Origin: a virus
Lineage: Duplodnaviria; Caudoviricetes
IMG/VR virus record: IMGVR_UViG_3300017917_003016
Span: 137,733 to 201,732 of that record
Reading direction: 5' to 3' (one strand)
Length of the DNA: 64,000 nt
Shown here: in pieces, positions 39,576-50,311 of the stretch
How positions within the stretch are numbered: the stretch's first letter is position 1
Layout of the letters: each line of letters opens with the position of its first letter
Translations under genes and position numbers: made by a program
Notes under the pieces: generated by a model
Told to the model about the DNA's origin: nothing
Database searches by the model: none
What the model saw: only the letters and a program-made list of their open reading frames with translations

Positions 39576-40256
39576 GTGAACACCAAGCAACTAGCAGTGG
39601 CAGTTTGTGTGGCCGTGGCTTTGGCTGGATGTAGTTCCACTAAGAATGTAGCAAAGAATGCCGAACTCAAACCCGATTCGGACAGCATTCGACCCAAACC
39701 AGTTAGTACAGTTTTTCATAGGCCCCAAGGTACCATGACCATTGTGTTTACCAGCGATGGCAAACTGCAGGAACTGATCAGCAAGGGATCCGCACCAATT
39801 GCAGGCAATAATGCATTCTCAGTAGAGCAGGCAGCACAGGTTGCTCGACTACGTGCAGAGCGCAGCATCGCTGACTTCCTGGGCACACAGGTTAACAGTC
39901 AGCGTACCGTTAAGGTTCTGAGCACCGCAGTGCAAAAAAGTCTTGAGAACACTACCAATGGCATGAGTGACGAAACTCGTGTTGACGACAAGGACTTCGA
40001 TGCCAACGGAGATCCTATTATCTCTAGGTCAGCACAAACGGTGGTAAACGAATTTAATCCCAATACCAACAGTGAAAAAGTAGCACAGTTGGTCAAGGAA
40101 ACTATTATCACTAACAGCACTGCACTGCTTCGTGGTGTCATGGTTACTGAAGAAAAGATTGACTCTGCTGGACGTACTGTACAGGTTGAAGTTCGTACAG
40201 GTCCGCAGTCTATCGGCATTGCTAACGAACTGCGTCGTCAAATGGGGAGTCATTGA
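39576..40256 (+). CDS. Lipoprotein (LPP20-like)
   Basis: Signal peptide with lipobox LAGC; AAQVARLRAERSIADFL; GTG start after SD. Confidence 0.75.
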   Translation: MNTKQLAVAVCVAVALAGCSSTKNVAKNAELKPDSDSIRPKPVSTVFHRPQGTMTIVFTSDGKLQELISKGSAPIAGNNAFSVEQAAQVARLRAERSIADFLGTQVNSQRTVKVLSTAVQKSLENTTNGMSDETRVDDKDFDANGDPIISRSAQTVVNEFNPNTNSEKVAQLVKETIITNSTALLRGVMVTEEKIDSAGRTVQVEVRTGPQSIGIANELRRQMGSH

Positions 40257-40384
40257 TGCGTAACTTCCTAGCGGGCATGGTTGTGGGTATTGTTGTGGCC
40301 AGTGTGGGATTTAGTGGAGTGGCTCGCATCCTAGACAAGGGTGTAGACACTGTTAAAACCCATAGTCAAGAACTGGCACAATAA
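40256..40384 (+). CDS. 42-aa membrane microprotein
   Basis: Below cutoff, coupled on both sides: MRNFLAGMVVGIVVASVGFSGVARILDKGVDTVKTHSQELAQ. Confidence 0.75.
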   Translation: MRNFLAGMVVGIVVASVGFSGVARILDKGVDTVKTHSQELAQ

Positions 40385-41460
40385 TGCGCTATTTGCTTGC
40401 TGTTTTGACCCTGTGGTCTTGTGTGGCCGCGGCTGGACAAAAAATTGAAGTTGATGGGCACGGTGCCAACTTCAACGAAGCCAAACTTAACGGTTTTCAA
40501 ACTGCAATTGAATTCGTAGTTGGTCAGGTCTTGGTCGCAGACACCGAAGTCAACGGCGATCAGATTACCAAAGAATTCATTGGTAGTTATTCAGCAGGCT
40601 ATATTGAAGGCTATGAAATCCTTAATACCTATCAAGCAGGCGGAAAGGTCATGGTATCAATGCGTGTTGCTGTGGCCACTAGTAAGATTGCCCAACGTAT
40701 GATGTCTAGTTCTAATCATAGAATTGTTTTGATTGGGCAACAACTTCAAGACCAATTGGATTCTGTAGTTGATCAACGACAACGAGGGGACAGAATTCTT
40801 AGCGAAGTTTTAACGAGTTATCCCAACAATGCTTTTACTGTAAACTTGGGCAAGGTTGGACTTGCTGTAAATGAAGTTCGACAACCAATCATTGAAGCCA
40901 CCTACGAAATAAAGTGGAATCAGGCATGGTTAGAATCTTTGATAGAAACTCTTGATGTAGTTGCTGTCGATAGTCGCAGTTGTAATAGTTGGTTTGCCAA
41001 GTGGGACAAAAAAATTGAGTTGGGCTACACACAGGGTCTGATTGGCCGCATGCGAGACACTCCCTGTGGACAGGAAGCAGACATGCAGGTAACCTATCGT
41101 CAACCCAAAAGTTGGCTGTCTACTACAAAAAGTTTTTATTTCCCTGACCTAAATACCTTAGATGTGATCAAAAGCAATCTTATGAATACTGCAGGTCAGC
41201 ACATTGGCGTTAGTGTATTGCTTATCGATGCTGGTGGGGGCGTTCTAGATCGTAGATGTGCTAACATTGATAGTTATGATCTAATTCGTTATCATGAACC
41301 TAAATTTGAAGTGATTAATCGTGCGCAGGTTCAAAAACATGTCAAACCAAGAATTCTTGGTCTGGGTAGTATCCAGGGAAATCTTGCTATTCATCCCCGC
41401 GGTATCAACTTAGCCAGCGTTGCCAGAATTGATATTAGTGTTGTAAAAACCTGCAATTAA
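40384..41460 (+). CDS. Secreted protein with FlgT_N/LPP20-like N-terminal domain
   Basis: Signal peptide; GHGANFNEAKLNGFQTAIEFVVG...YSAGYIEGYEIL. Confidence 0.6.
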   Translation: MRYLLAVLTLWSCVAAAGQKIEVDGHGANFNEAKLNGFQTAIEFVVGQVLVADTEVNGDQITKEFIGSYSAGYIEGYEILNTYQAGGKVMVSMRVAVATSKIAQRMMSSSNHRIVLIGQQLQDQLDSVVDQRQRGDRILSEVLTSYPNNAFTVNLGKVGLAVNEVRQPIIEATYEIKWNQAWLESLIETLDVVAVDSRSCNSWFAKWDKKIELGYTQGLIGRMRDTPCGQEADMQVTYRQPKSWLSTTKSFYFPDLNTLDVIKSNLMNTAGQHIGVSVLLIDAGGGVLDRRCANIDSYDLIRYHEPKFEVINRAQVQKHVKPRILGLGSIQGNLAIHPRGINLASVARIDISVVKTCN

Positions 41461-41670
41461 ATGACACGCAAAACAAAATGCCAAGTTGACCTGCAAGGTG
41501 TAAATATTAGAAACACAGTGGATTGGTGCAGCGAAAATTTAACTGAAAATCAATGGGAAGTAATTCCTTTGCACTTGTTTCCTTTAGAATGCCGATTTAC
41601 CTTTGACACTGAACAAACCAAACTACTGGTTCTTTTGAATCTTGACTTTGCCAATAAACAGATAGTATAA
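41461..41670 (+). CDS. Hypothetical protein
   Basis: Abuts upstream stop. Confidence 0.6.
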   Translation: MTRKTKCQVDLQGVNIRNTVDWCSENLTENQWEVIPLHLFPLECRFTFDTEQTKLLVLLNLDFANKQIV

Positions 41671-41671
41671 T
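41642..41671 (+). promoter_or_regulatory. Sigma70 promoter, predicted leaderless transcript
   Basis: TTGACT(41642)-18-TATAAT(41666); ATG at 41678. Confidence 0.65.
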
Positions 41672-41677
41672 GCAACT

Positions 41678-42016
41678 ATGATAGACTTTATTCTACAAAT
41701 TTTTATTTGGTGGATGATTTTTGAAGCCGTGTTTTTTGTCGCGCGATGGTATTTCAATTATCGCATGGAAAGTCGCATTGACCAAGAAATCACAGGTCTG
41801 CTCAAAGAGGTTCGTGAAAACTGCAAGTTGGTTAGTACTGAAGTTGTAGATAATGTACATCTCATGTACGACCAACTGACTGGTGATTTTGTCTGTCAAG
41901 GCAACAGCGAAGCAGAACTCTGGCAACGTGCTAAACAGCGATTTCCCAACAAAGAATTTGTTGTCAAAGAAAACGCAGATGGTGTTCCAACTTTTAAGTT
42001 TAGGAGAGAGCGGTGA
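41678..42016 (+). CDS. Membrane-anchored hypothetical protein
   Basis: N-terminal TM; HLMYDQLTGDFVCQG. Confidence 0.7.
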   Translation: MIDFILQIFIWWMIFEAVFFVARWYFNYRMESRIDQEITGLLKEVRENCKLVSTEVVDNVHLMYDQLTGDFVCQGNSEAELWQRAKQRFPNKEFVVKENADGVPTFKFRRER

Positions 42017-42441
42017 GCATGCACCTTGTAGGTCCTTATCTTACTACCACTAACTATCGCAAGCGTAAGGTCACGGTAACCAAAGCCAAACAAGCGCAGT
42101 GGCATGATTGGTGGATGGCGCGCAATCGAGAACTCAAACGTCAAGGGCTACCTAAGATTTCATTTGAACAATTTGTAGACGAACTACACGGTCGTGTGCA
42201 TGTCGCTAAAGTTCGCCCTAATCAACAGGGACAACTTGCGGTCAATTATCAGGTGCCACGCGAACGTAGTACTGCACATATCCCCTCCCGTGATTCGTGG
42301 CAAGGTTCAACGGCTAAGAAAGAATCGCCTAAGTACACCGGTGATGCTATGATTGGTATTGGTGTTATGCACAAGAGCAACAGTGTGCCTATTTTTAAGG
42401 CAGAAGACGCACGTGATATCAGCAGCATGCGCCGAGGATAA
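42013..42441 (+). CDS. Conserved myovirus hypothetical protein
   Basis: C-terminal YTGDAMIGIGVMHKSNSVPIF..EDARDISSMRR motif. Confidence 0.7.
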   Translation: MSMHLVGPYLTTTNYRKRKVTVTKAKQAQWHDWWMARNRELKRQGLPKISFEQFVDELHGRVHVAKVRPNQQGQLAVNYQVPRERSTAHIPSRDSWQGSTAKKESPKYTGDAMIGIGVMHKSNSVPIFKAEDARDISSMRRG

Positions 42442-42638
42442 TGAAACAGTCTGTGATTTTTTTAGTTATGATTGCATTGACTGGCATTGCAATGGTTATG
42501 TTCATAACAAAGAACTATTTAGAACCCCAGCAAAAGACTTTTAATTGCGGCCTGCTCGTTGGCGGCTGGCATCCAGATGTGCCTCAGCACATACAAGAAT
42601 ACTGCAGAAAAAGGAGTACAACCAGTGAGCAAGGATAA
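42441..42638 (+). CDS. Small membrane-anchored protein
   Basis: N-terminal TM; CG...GGWHPDVP....EYCR. Confidence 0.65.
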   Translation: MKQSVIFLVMIALTGIAMVMFITKNYLEPQQKTFNCGLLVGGWHPDVPQHIQEYCRKRSTTSEQG

Positions 42639-43017
42639 AGACATAGAAACCATATGGTTAGATACATTTGATTCAAATACCATAGACCTTACCCAAATAG
42701 GTAATATTGTCATTGATAGCACTGATAGCATGGTGTCAGACTATTGGAGCAGTATTATTAGTGGAGCAGATTACGACACACTTACTATCGGTGGTGGCGG
42801 TACCGATATATGGACCAGCAGTTCCTATCCAATTAATCAAGAAGTGGTACTCAGTGCTGGTGGCGAAGAAATGATCAAAATTACTCCAGAAGGATTTTGG
42901 GTGCGAGGTGTTAAAGTTGAACAAGATTCTAAAGAAGCACAGGCTGTCTACGAAGCATTTAGACGTTGGCAGACTGCACAGATTTTAAATTCCGACAGTG
43001 AAATTATCATTAAATAA
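42625..43017 (+). CDS. Hypothetical acidic protein
   Basis: SD AAGGAG supports GTG start at 42625 (track start 42559). Confidence 0.65.
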   Translation: MSKDKDIETIWLDTFDSNTIDLTQIGNIVIDSTDSMVSDYWSSIISGADYDTLTIGGGGTDIWTSSSYPINQEVVLSAGGEEMIKITPEGFWVRGVKVEQDSKEAQAVYEAFRRWQTAQILNSDSEIIIK

Positions 43018-43022
43018 CTATA

Positions 43023-43238
43023 ATGGCTAAACAAGATGCGATTGTAATGAGCGGTGTTGTTGAAGAAGTATTAGGCAACAGTATGTTCAGAGTTAAACTA
43101 GAAAATGATCACATGATCACTGCCTACATCGGCGGAAAACTGCGTATGCACACTATCAAGATCATTATGGGAGACGAAGTAGAAGTTGAAATGACTCCTT
43201 ACGATCTATCCAAAGGTAGAATTACATTTAGGAAATAA
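43023..43238 (+). CDS. infA: Translation initiation factor IF-1
   Basis: [52 protein letters not shown]. Confidence 0.95.
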   Translation: MAKQDAIVMSGVVEEVLGNSMFRVKLENDHMITAYIGGKLRMHTIKIIMGDEVEVEMTPYDLSKGRITFRK

Positions 43239-43240
43239 AC

Positions 43241-43564
43241 ATGGTAACAATGACCACAGAAGCCATAGCCAAAATTAAAACCATGTTAGCAGAAGAGTCT
43301 GACCCAAATTTAAAACTGCGTATGTTTGTGCAGGGAGGCGGCTGTTCGGGTTTTCAATATGGCTTTACCTTTGACGAAGAACAAAACGACGACGATTTTG
43401 AGTATGAGTTTGACGGTGTAAAACTACTAATTGATGCTATGAGCAGCCAATATGTACAAGACGCTGAAATTAACTATGTAGAAGATGTCAACGGTAGTCA
43501 ATTTAGTATCAAGAATCCTCAAGCAGTGACCACATGTGGTTGTGGGAGTAGTTTCAGCGTATGA
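43241..43564 (+). CDS. erpA: A-type Fe-S carrier (ErpA/IscA/HesB)
   Basis: [22 protein letters not shown]. Confidence 0.92.
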   Translation: MVTMTTEAIAKIKTMLAEESDPNLKLRMFVQGGGCSGFQYGFTFDEEQNDDDFEYEFDGVKLLIDAMSSQYVQDAEINYVEDVNGSQFSIKNPQAVTTCGCGSSFSV

Positions 43565-44406
43565 AAATAGCACTGTGTTTTAGCGGACAAAACCGTACGG
43601 GGCACGTTACCGCTGAAAACATCAAACGTTATGTGGGTGATCTACTGCCCAATTGTGATGTGTTTGCGCACTTTTGGGACAGCGAAACACGCGGTACAGG
43701 ATATGCTAATCGAGAAGGTGCAGTTAGCACCAATACAGAATGGCACAGTCCTCAACCATCTTCACAGAATAAATTTGTAGAGTTTTATAATCACTGGATG
43801 CCTCGTACCATTATGGTAGAGGAATATGATCTACAACCAACTCGCCCTAAGTGGGGAGGTCGCAGATGGGACCCAGTGGAAGGCAAATGGCACGTCAGTA
43901 TGTGGCGCAGTCTTTGGGAAGCCAATCGCCTTAAAATGAACTATGCTCAGAAAAATCAAATTGTCTATGATTATACTCTACGACTGCGTAGTGATTTGGT
44001 TTTTGATTCTAGTAAAAGTTTAGAAGAGGACCTAAAACTAATACAAAACAATCAGATGTTGCTTTTTGGTGATCATTATGCCATATGGCCAATACATGGT
44101 ATGACGAGAATTGAAGATATCTTTTGGATTGGTCCCAGTAATGTCATAGATCAGGTCAGCACTTACTATGCGGCCTATACCAACACTGTAATCAATATTG
44201 ATGAACCTCAACAGCCCGGGTATCAGGATTGGCAGTGGCATAGTGCTGCTTGGATTACCCGTGCACTGGGTTACAGGTTTTATCCTTTAGAAAACAATAC
44301 CATTCGTATCTACACTGAACAAGATATTCAGGCAGGTATAGATCCCTTATCGCCTGGTTTTGGGCCTGCACCTCGTTACGGTGCTTTTGAAAATAAAAAC
44401 CTTTGA
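43561..44406 (+). CDS. Putative glycosyltransferase-like protein
   Basis: [11 protein letters not shown]...DVFAHFWD...[11 protein letters not shown] pattern; function inferred. Confidence 0.45.
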   Translation: MKIALCFSGQNRTGHVTAENIKRYVGDLLPNCDVFAHFWDSETRGTGYANREGAVSTNTEWHSPQPSSQNKFVEFYNHWMPRTIMVEEYDLQPTRPKWGGRRWDPVEGKWHVSMWRSLWEANRLKMNYAQKNQIVYDYTLRLRSDLVFDSSKSLEEDLKLIQNNQMLLFGDHYAIWPIHGMTRIEDIFWIGPSNVIDQVSTYYAAYTNTVINIDEPQQPGYQDWQWHSAAWITRALGYRFYPLENNTIRIYTEQDIQAGIDPLSPGFGPAPRYGAFENKNL

Positions 44407-44426
44407 CCTGCGTTCTGCGGGTTTTT
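44406..44426 (+). terminator. Possible intrinsic terminator
   Basis: ACCTGC-GTTCT-GCGGGT-TTTT. Confidence 0.5.
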
Positions 44427-44441
44427 AATTATTCATAGTTC

Positions 44442-44449
44442 GATAAATA
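44442..44449 (+). promoter_or_regulatory. Late promoter GATAAATA followed by hairpin CTAGATAA-CAAAGA-TTATCTAG
   Basis: Intergenic, before baseplate genes. Confidence 0.7.
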
Positions 44450-44481
44450 CTAGATAACAAAGATTATCTAGGTATCGAACT

Positions 44482-45033
44482 ATGACCATAACCACTCAAC
44501 CTTTTTTAGCAGTAGCCGTTGGCTCAAGTGCTAACGATGGCACCGGCGACGACCTGCGCACTGCCTTTCAAAAAGTCAACGCAAATTTTGGATGGATGGG
44601 CAACATTGGATTCAATGCAGCCAATCTAAGTGTTAGTACCGTTGAAGTGTCCGGAAGTTTAACTGTGTCCGGGCCTACAACGATCAGTGGTAATTTAATT
44701 TCAGGTGGCGCACATGTTGAAACTGGGTACAGACAGTTAAAACCTACAGGAAATGTGGAAGTCACAGCCAATGTAGGTATAAATCGTTTATTGTTACATC
44801 CAACCGGAACTATTATTAGTTTTGGTGCAAATGTAACTCTTCCTAATACACAAGCAGATGGAACTATTTTTAGTATTTCATCAAATGTAACTATATCACA
44901 ACTGTCCGTTCAGCCAAATTGGAATGGAGTAGTCACTGTATCGCCTTTTGGTAACATAAGTTCAGTGACTGCAGGCACAGTTACAAGATACATGTATATT
45001 GCTGCTGACTTTAAATGGTATAGAATAGCCTAA
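44482..45033 (+). CDS. Baseplate/fibre-connector protein with T4 gp9/gp10-like N-terminus
   Basis: VGSSANDGTGDDLRTAFQKVNANF. Confidence 0.75.
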   Translation: MTITTQPFLAVAVGSSANDGTGDDLRTAFQKVNANFGWMGNIGFNAANLSVSTVEVSGSLTVSGPTTISGNLISGGAHVETGYRQLKPTGNVEVTANVGINRLLLHPTGTIISFGANVTLPNTQADGTIFSISSNVTISQLSVQPNWNGVVTVSPFGNISSVTAGTVTRYMYIAADFKWYRIA

Positions 45034-45042
45034 GGAAATTAA

Positions 45043-48000
45043 ATGGCATACCCAGTTTGGTTAACCCCCGCAGGTAATCTAGGCACAGTTCCGGAGGCTG
45101 AATACTATCAATTTACCCTGGACGCCTATGATACATCAGGTGGAATTCTTAAATTCTTCAAACTCAGCGGAACACTGCCTCCAGGTTTGCAAATTACCCA
45201 AACTGGTAGTCTACAAGGTATACCTATCAGTACTGGCGGTCCTGATCTTAATCAAACCTATACATTTACTGTTAGAGTACAAAATCAAACTACACTATTA
45301 ATTTCTGATCGATCGTTTAATCTAACAGTAACTAACATTGCACCACCAATAATTGTGCCAAGAAACGTAGATCTTGGCGAATACTTTGATGGTCAACCAA
45401 TTAATATACAACTTGAAGCCACAGAATTCATTGCTGGAGGCAATCTTGTTTGGTCATTGAAAAGTGGAACACTACCCCCGGGGTTGACAGTTTCGTCTTC
45501 TGGTTTAATTGGTGGATATATCAATCTAATACCGGCTGTTGGCCCCGCGGGAGATCCGGGGTGGGATGACAATCAATGGGATACATCTTTTATCTATGCT
45601 AATGCTTCAGCCAATCTAGGATGGGATTTTCCATTAGGAACTGCGGCAAAACACTTTGAATTTACAGTTGAAGTTACCGACGGTGGATTATCCAGTACGT
45701 CGACTTACAAAATGTATGTGGTTCCAAAAAAGGGAACCACAGCAGACAGTACTTTAATAACAGTAGACACCACTATCATCAATGGAGTTAAGTTTACTGT
45801 TGACACAGGTGGCAAACACAATCCAATTATCATCAGTACTCAAGATAATGTTCCCTTGTCTAGACAGGGGTCTTGGTTTTCTCTGCAGATACAGGCCATT
45901 GATCTAGATGAAGATATTCTAGAATATACTGTTCCAAATCTATCTGCAGGAACGGTTGACGAACAAGTGGTAGTTGGTAACGGTGTCCCGTATATAGGAA
46001 GATCTTTTGTTATTGACGGTAATATTTCAGTAGGTATTGCAAACATCAGCAGCACCATTCCAGATTTAATCAGCGGAGATGTGGTACAGGTATTAAATCC
46101 ATTCTATGATTTTGCCAGTGGTCAAACCAGTTATGTTTGGTACGATGCCACTATTAACAATCATGGAAAAATTCGTATCACTGGCAATACTATAATTACA
46201 GCCAACGTTGGAGACTACATAAGCCAATCTATAGGCAATGCCAATGCAAAGATCACTAGTACTACTTCTACTACCGGTAATATTCTATTAGAAGGAACAA
46301 CCATCCTTGCTGACATCTTAATTGGCGGCAATTTGATTGTCAGTGCAAATGTTGGAGATATTATTACACAAATTGGTTCAACAGGCAATGCCACAGTGAC
46401 TTCAAATGTAAGATTGGGTGCACTGGTATCTGCAACTTATAATTCTGGTGTTTTTAGCACTACTGCAGGAAATTTAAGAATAAATGGTATAAATGCCAAT
46501 GCCTATCCAGTGAGTGTTTCAACTTCACTGATTTATCCTTATTTCAGAGCCAACATTGGTGATACTATAACCCAAACAAGCACTGGGGCAAATGCTACGG
46601 TGACAAAAAATCACAGTACTTTAAATGCTGACACCATGCGACCTTCTCTGTTTGAAGTGCAGTTTAATTCAGGAACTTTTGCTGTTGGCGCAACTGGTGG
46701 TAATGTGAAAATTAACGGTAATGATGTCGTTGCGTGGCCCGCAGAGGTCTTTACCAATGCAGATATAGGATATATCTATAATACATCAAATACTTTTAGA
46801 TTGAATGCATCGAGTGCTGCAGGTTTGGTTTATATCGATGGAAGAAACAGTTTTGCTATACCCACTAACTTTTTAGAAGTAGGTGTTGATGTTGGTGCTA
46901 GTCCCAGTACACAGGGAACAATTGGGTTTGACGAAAATAAGTTTGATCAAACTACTCTGATATTGCCAGGATCGTTATCAATAAACACGGCATCTGGATG
47001 GATCACTGGATTTTTACCTGCGCAGACTGCCAACGAAACTACTTATAATTTTGAAGTAATCGCTTTTAAAAGAGATTATCCAAGTTATCAAACTAGTCAA
47101 CTTTTTGATATTATCGTGCTTGGGGACTTGTACAATACTGTTGAATGGTTAACTCCTAGTTTCCTTGGTACTATCGAAAACGGCGAAGTAAGTGATCTAG
47201 GTGTGGTTGCATTTAGTCCAGAGGGTAGAAATCTTTACTATTATTACACTCCCGGATCTTACATTAATATGGTCCAGGGTCTAAGACTTCAACCAGATGG
47301 TTTAATCAGCGGAAGAGTTAGTTTTGAACTATTTGGTTTAGATTCAGGTGAAACTACATTTGATGCAGATATCATAACCAGAAACCCAACTACTACTTTT
47401 GATCACACATTTGAATTTACTGTCACTGCAAGAACCTACGACCAAACAGCATCTTCAAATAAAAAATTTACCATACTAGTACGCGAGCGTAATGTACGCC
47501 CATATGACAATGTATACCTAAAAGCCCAATTAAACAACTATCAGAGATTAGAATTTAGAGACATAATACAGAATACAAAAGTATTCCCACCTGAACTTAT
47601 CTATAGAGCCACAGATCCGTGGTTTGGTCTTGCTCGCGATGTTAGAACATTGTTTTTACCAGGTCTAAATGCCAGTAATCTAGCCGTATGGTCGGAAGCA
47701 ATTCGCACTAACCATTTTAGTAAACGCCTACTGTTCACTGAAGTTAAAACCGCAGTGGCCAAAAAAGATGGAGTCTACGACGTCATAGAAAATATCACTG
47801 GGGACGCCATCGGAACGTTCAATGCCTATACTAGAATTTTTGTACCTTTTGATTTAAATTCTGGTTATTCTGTGCTGTCAAATTCGATACCAACAGGAAC
47901 CACCATTGGAGATCAATCTATCAAATATGAAGTGGTATACGCTGAACTTAAAGACCAAAACAGCAATGCAGAAGGACAGGGCCCAGCAAACTCGATTGAT

Positions 48001-49278
48001 TTGCAAAAAGAAATAACCAATCCATACTATGATAGCAACGGAAATGCTTATGTCATTGCTGCTCCCAATGCTTTTACTAACATGGACGACATTGTGGTTA
48101 AACATATTGGCTATCAAGATCAGGGTGTGTTGCCCGATTGGATGACCAGTATTCAACCAAATGGTCAACAACTTGGATTTGTTAGAGCCGTAGTATTGGC
48201 CTATACTGTACCAGGTGCCGCTGAAACTGTGGCCTGGAGATTTAAAGAACTAAACTTTGACCTTAATGAGATAAATTTTGTTGCCGATCGCTACTATCTT
48301 GACAATATCTATTCATCAAACTATGATTTAACTGCTAATGCTTACATTACTAGTCGAGAAACCAGTTTTGATCGGTACCCTCCTTTGGGCACCAGTTTTA
48401 GTCCAATTTCCTCAGTCGATTATGCAGTTACTCAATCATTCCAAGATATAAATGAAAAAGCAGTATCTGAAATAGTTTTATCAGGCGGACTGGACGGTAT
48501 TACTTCATTTAGAAACGGTGAAACTTTGGTATTTTACGAACAGGAATTCAACTATGGAATTGCAATTTCTGATTCATATAATCAAGGCTGGGCAATAAGT
48601 ACGGCTCCATGGGATGACTCAGACCCTGCAATCGGCGACTGGGATTTTAACAGCCTACAAGGTTGGGATCCGGCTAGTTATGTTCCGGGATACAGAGAAT
48701 GGATCAGTAGCAAACAAGTTTTTGGATCTAATGTTGTTTATTCTACACCAAATCAACGTATGGGCATATGGAGAATAAATGTTAACAATGATTTTGTTAG
48801 GTTGACTCTTGCCAACGTTTCTGTCAATGTTGTGTCCGCAGCAGCAAATACTACAGGTTATGGGTCTAACGTTAGCGTGTCTAGTACAAATAATCTTTTT
48901 GTTGGTATGCCTATTAGAGGAGTTGGATTGGGTAGTGACAGTTCAATAACTGACATAATTGGCGGCAATATTGTTGTATATCCTGCGGTTTCTGGTACAA
49001 TCACTAACCCATGGACAGCAGTGCCAACAGCAAGCCTTAATGATGTTGTTTTTGTTAGAAATGGCTTTACCAATGGCGGTGTAAATATTTACTATGATCC
49101 GGTGATAAAAACTAACAAAACCGTACCAAGTTGGAATCGCTTGCCACAACAGGTCAAGGCCAAGGGGACAACATTTGACGGAGACGGGACTAAATTCTAT
49201 GATTATCGAGATAATTATGTAATTCCTCAACAGGGAGAAAAACTTGTTAGATTCCCACGTACTAATGTATTTGTTTAA
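45043..49278 (+). CDS. Large virion protein with Ig/cadherin-like domains (1411 aa)
   Basis: SGTLPPGL...G.L.G...YTFTVR repeats; TTFD motifs. Confidence 0.75.
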   Translation: MAYPVWLTPAGNLGTVPEAEYYQFTLDAYDTSGGILKFFKLSGTLPPGLQITQTGSLQGIPISTGGPDLNQTYTFTVRVQNQTTLLISDRSFNLTVTNIAPPIIVPRNVDLGEYFDGQPINIQLEATEFIAGGNLVWSLKSGTLPPGLTVSSSGLIGGYINLIPAVGPAGDPGWDDNQWDTSFIYANASANLGWDFPLGTAAKHFEFTVEVTDGGLSSTSTYKMYVVPKKGTTADSTLITVDTTIINGVKFTVDTGGKHNPIIISTQDNVPLSRQGSWFSLQIQAIDLDEDILEYTVPNLSAGTVDEQVVVGNGVPYIGRSFVIDGNISVGIANISSTIPDLISGDVVQVLNPFYDFASGQTSYVWYDATINNHGKIRITGNTIITANVGDYISQSIGNANAKITSTTSTTGNILLEGTTILADILIGGNLIVSANVGDIITQIGSTGNATVTSNVRLGALVSATYNSGVFSTTAGNLRINGINANAYPVSVSTSLIYPYFRANIGDTITQTSTGANATVTKNHSTLNADTMRPSLFEVQFNSGTFAVGATGGNVKINGNDVVAWPAEVFTNADIGYIYNTSNTFRLNASSAAGLVYIDGRNSFAIPTNFLEVGVDVGASPSTQGTIGFDENKFDQTTLILPGSLSINTASGWITGFLPAQTANETTYNFEVIAFKRDYPSYQTSQLFDIIVLGDLYNTVEWLTPSFLGTIENGEVSDLGVVAFSPEGRNLYYYYTPGSYINMVQGLRLQPDGLISGRVSFELFGLDSGETTFDADIITRNPTTTFDHTFEFTVTARTYDQTASSNKKFTILVRERNVRPYDNVYLKAQLNNYQRLEFRDIIQNTKVFPPELIYRATDPWFGLARDVRTLFLPGLNASNLAVWSEAIRTNHFSKRLLFTEVKTAVAKKDGVYDVIENITGDAIGTFNAYTRIFVPFDLNSGYSVLSNSIPTGTTIGDQSIKYEVVYAELKDQNSNAEGQGPANSIDLQKEITNPYYDSNGNAYVIAAPNAFTNMDDIVVKHIGYQDQGVLPDWMTSIQPNGQQLGFVRAVVLAYTVPGAAETVAWRFKELNFDLNEINFVADRYYLDNIYSSNYDLTANAYITSRETSFDRYPPLGTSFSPISSVDYAVTQSFQDINEKAVSEIVLSGGLDGITSFRNGETLVFYEQEFNYGIAISDSYNQGWAISTAPWDDSDPAIGDWDFNSLQGWDPASYVPGYREWISSKQVFGSNVVYSTPNQRMGIWRINVNNDFVRLTLANVSVNVVSAAANTTGYGSNVSVSSTNNLFVGMPIRGVGLGSDSSITDIIGGNIVVYPAVSGTITNPWTAVPTASLNDVVFVRNGFTNGGVNIYYDPVIKTNKTVPSWNRLPQQVKAKGTTFDGDGTKFYDYRDNYVIPQQGEKLVRFPRTNVFV

Positions 49279-49298
49279 TTTTTAAGCAGCGGAATTCT

Positions 49299-49326
49299 TA
49301 TAAATACACTTGTTAGTAGATAAATA
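49299..49326 (+). promoter_or_regulatory. Tandem late promoters TATAAATA and GATAAATA
   Basis: At 49299 and 49319. Confidence 0.75.
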
Positions 49327-49349
49327 ACTACATATTTGAGAGACTTTAG

Positions 49350-50246
49350 ATGAGTAACATAAACCCACAAAATATTGACGGTACATTTCCTATAGCGGGA
49401 CAAGACAATAACAGTCAAGGTTTCCGAGATAATTTTACCAACACAATTAACAATTTTACCTTTGCGGCTGCTGAGTTAACTGATTTGCAGACTTATGCAG
49501 TATTAACAGGTCCTCTAGGGTCGGTTGGTCAAACTGGTACACCAACTAACAATATGAATTATACCTATTTGACCGCTCCTCAATTGAAAAAAGCAGTTGA
49601 AACTATCAATGCACTAGGTAACGTTTCCCCGGGCGGAAGTCAAACAATTGATTGGAGTGTTGCTCACTTTCAAACCGTAAGTGTTTCAGGATCAGCCACA
49701 TTAAGTTTTGCCAGCACATGGCCTGCTAGTGGACTATGGACAAAGTTAAGATTGCGAGTTCTATCTTATGGGATTACTGCACTTACTTTACCGGCCACTG
49801 TTACAGAAAACGTATCAAAACTGCGAGGATGGACCAGTGGCACCACTGTTTATCTATCAGACGGTTTACATGAATATGAATTTTCAACTTACGACAACGG
49901 TAGCACTGTTGCTGTACGAGACCTTACAAGAAATTGGGGACCGGTAATACAACAACTTAAACCAACTGCAAATCTAGCAGTAACTGCCAACGTTGGTGTT
50001 GATCGCGTGCTACTTACGCCCACTGGCACTGTAGTTTCCTTTGGTGCAAATGTAACACTACCTAATACTAGAACTAACGGAACAACTTTACAAATTTCAT
50101 CAAACATCGCTGTGTCGCAAATGGCAATAACAGCATCTTGGACCAGCGCAGTGAGTCCTTTTGGAAATATTTCTTCACTGTCGGCCGGTAGCACTGTAGA
50201 ATTTGTTTATGTAACTGCTGACAATATATGGTATAGAACTAGATAA
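49350..50246 (+). CDS. Virion protein sharing its C-terminal domain with 44482-45033
   Basis: NIDGTFPIAGQDNNSQGFRDNF; C-terminal LKPT...FGANVTLPNT...SPFGNISS...WYR. Confidence 0.72.
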   Translation: MSNINPQNIDGTFPIAGQDNNSQGFRDNFTNTINNFTFAAAELTDLQTYAVLTGPLGSVGQTGTPTNNMNYTYLTAPQLKKAVETINALGNVSPGGSQTIDWSVAHFQTVSVSGSATLSFASTWPASGLWTKLRLRVLSYGITALTLPATVTENVSKLRGWTSGTTVYLSDGLHEYEFSTYDNGSTVAVRDLTRNWGPVIQQLKPTANLAVTANVGVDRVLLTPTGTVVSFGANVTLPNTRTNGTTLQISSNIAVSQMAITASWTSAVSPFGNISSLSAGSTVEFVYVTADNIWYRTR

Positions 50247-50259
50247 TTGTTCAAATTAG

Positions 50260-50288
50260 TTGACTCCTTGTATGGTTTACTGTAAAGT
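50260..50288 (+). promoter_or_regulatory. Possible sigma70 promoter (extended -10)
   Basis: TTGACT(50260)-17-TAAAGT preceded by TG. Confidence 0.5.
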
Positions 50289-50311
50289 AACTTTACAAGG
50301 AGTTTTCTTTT

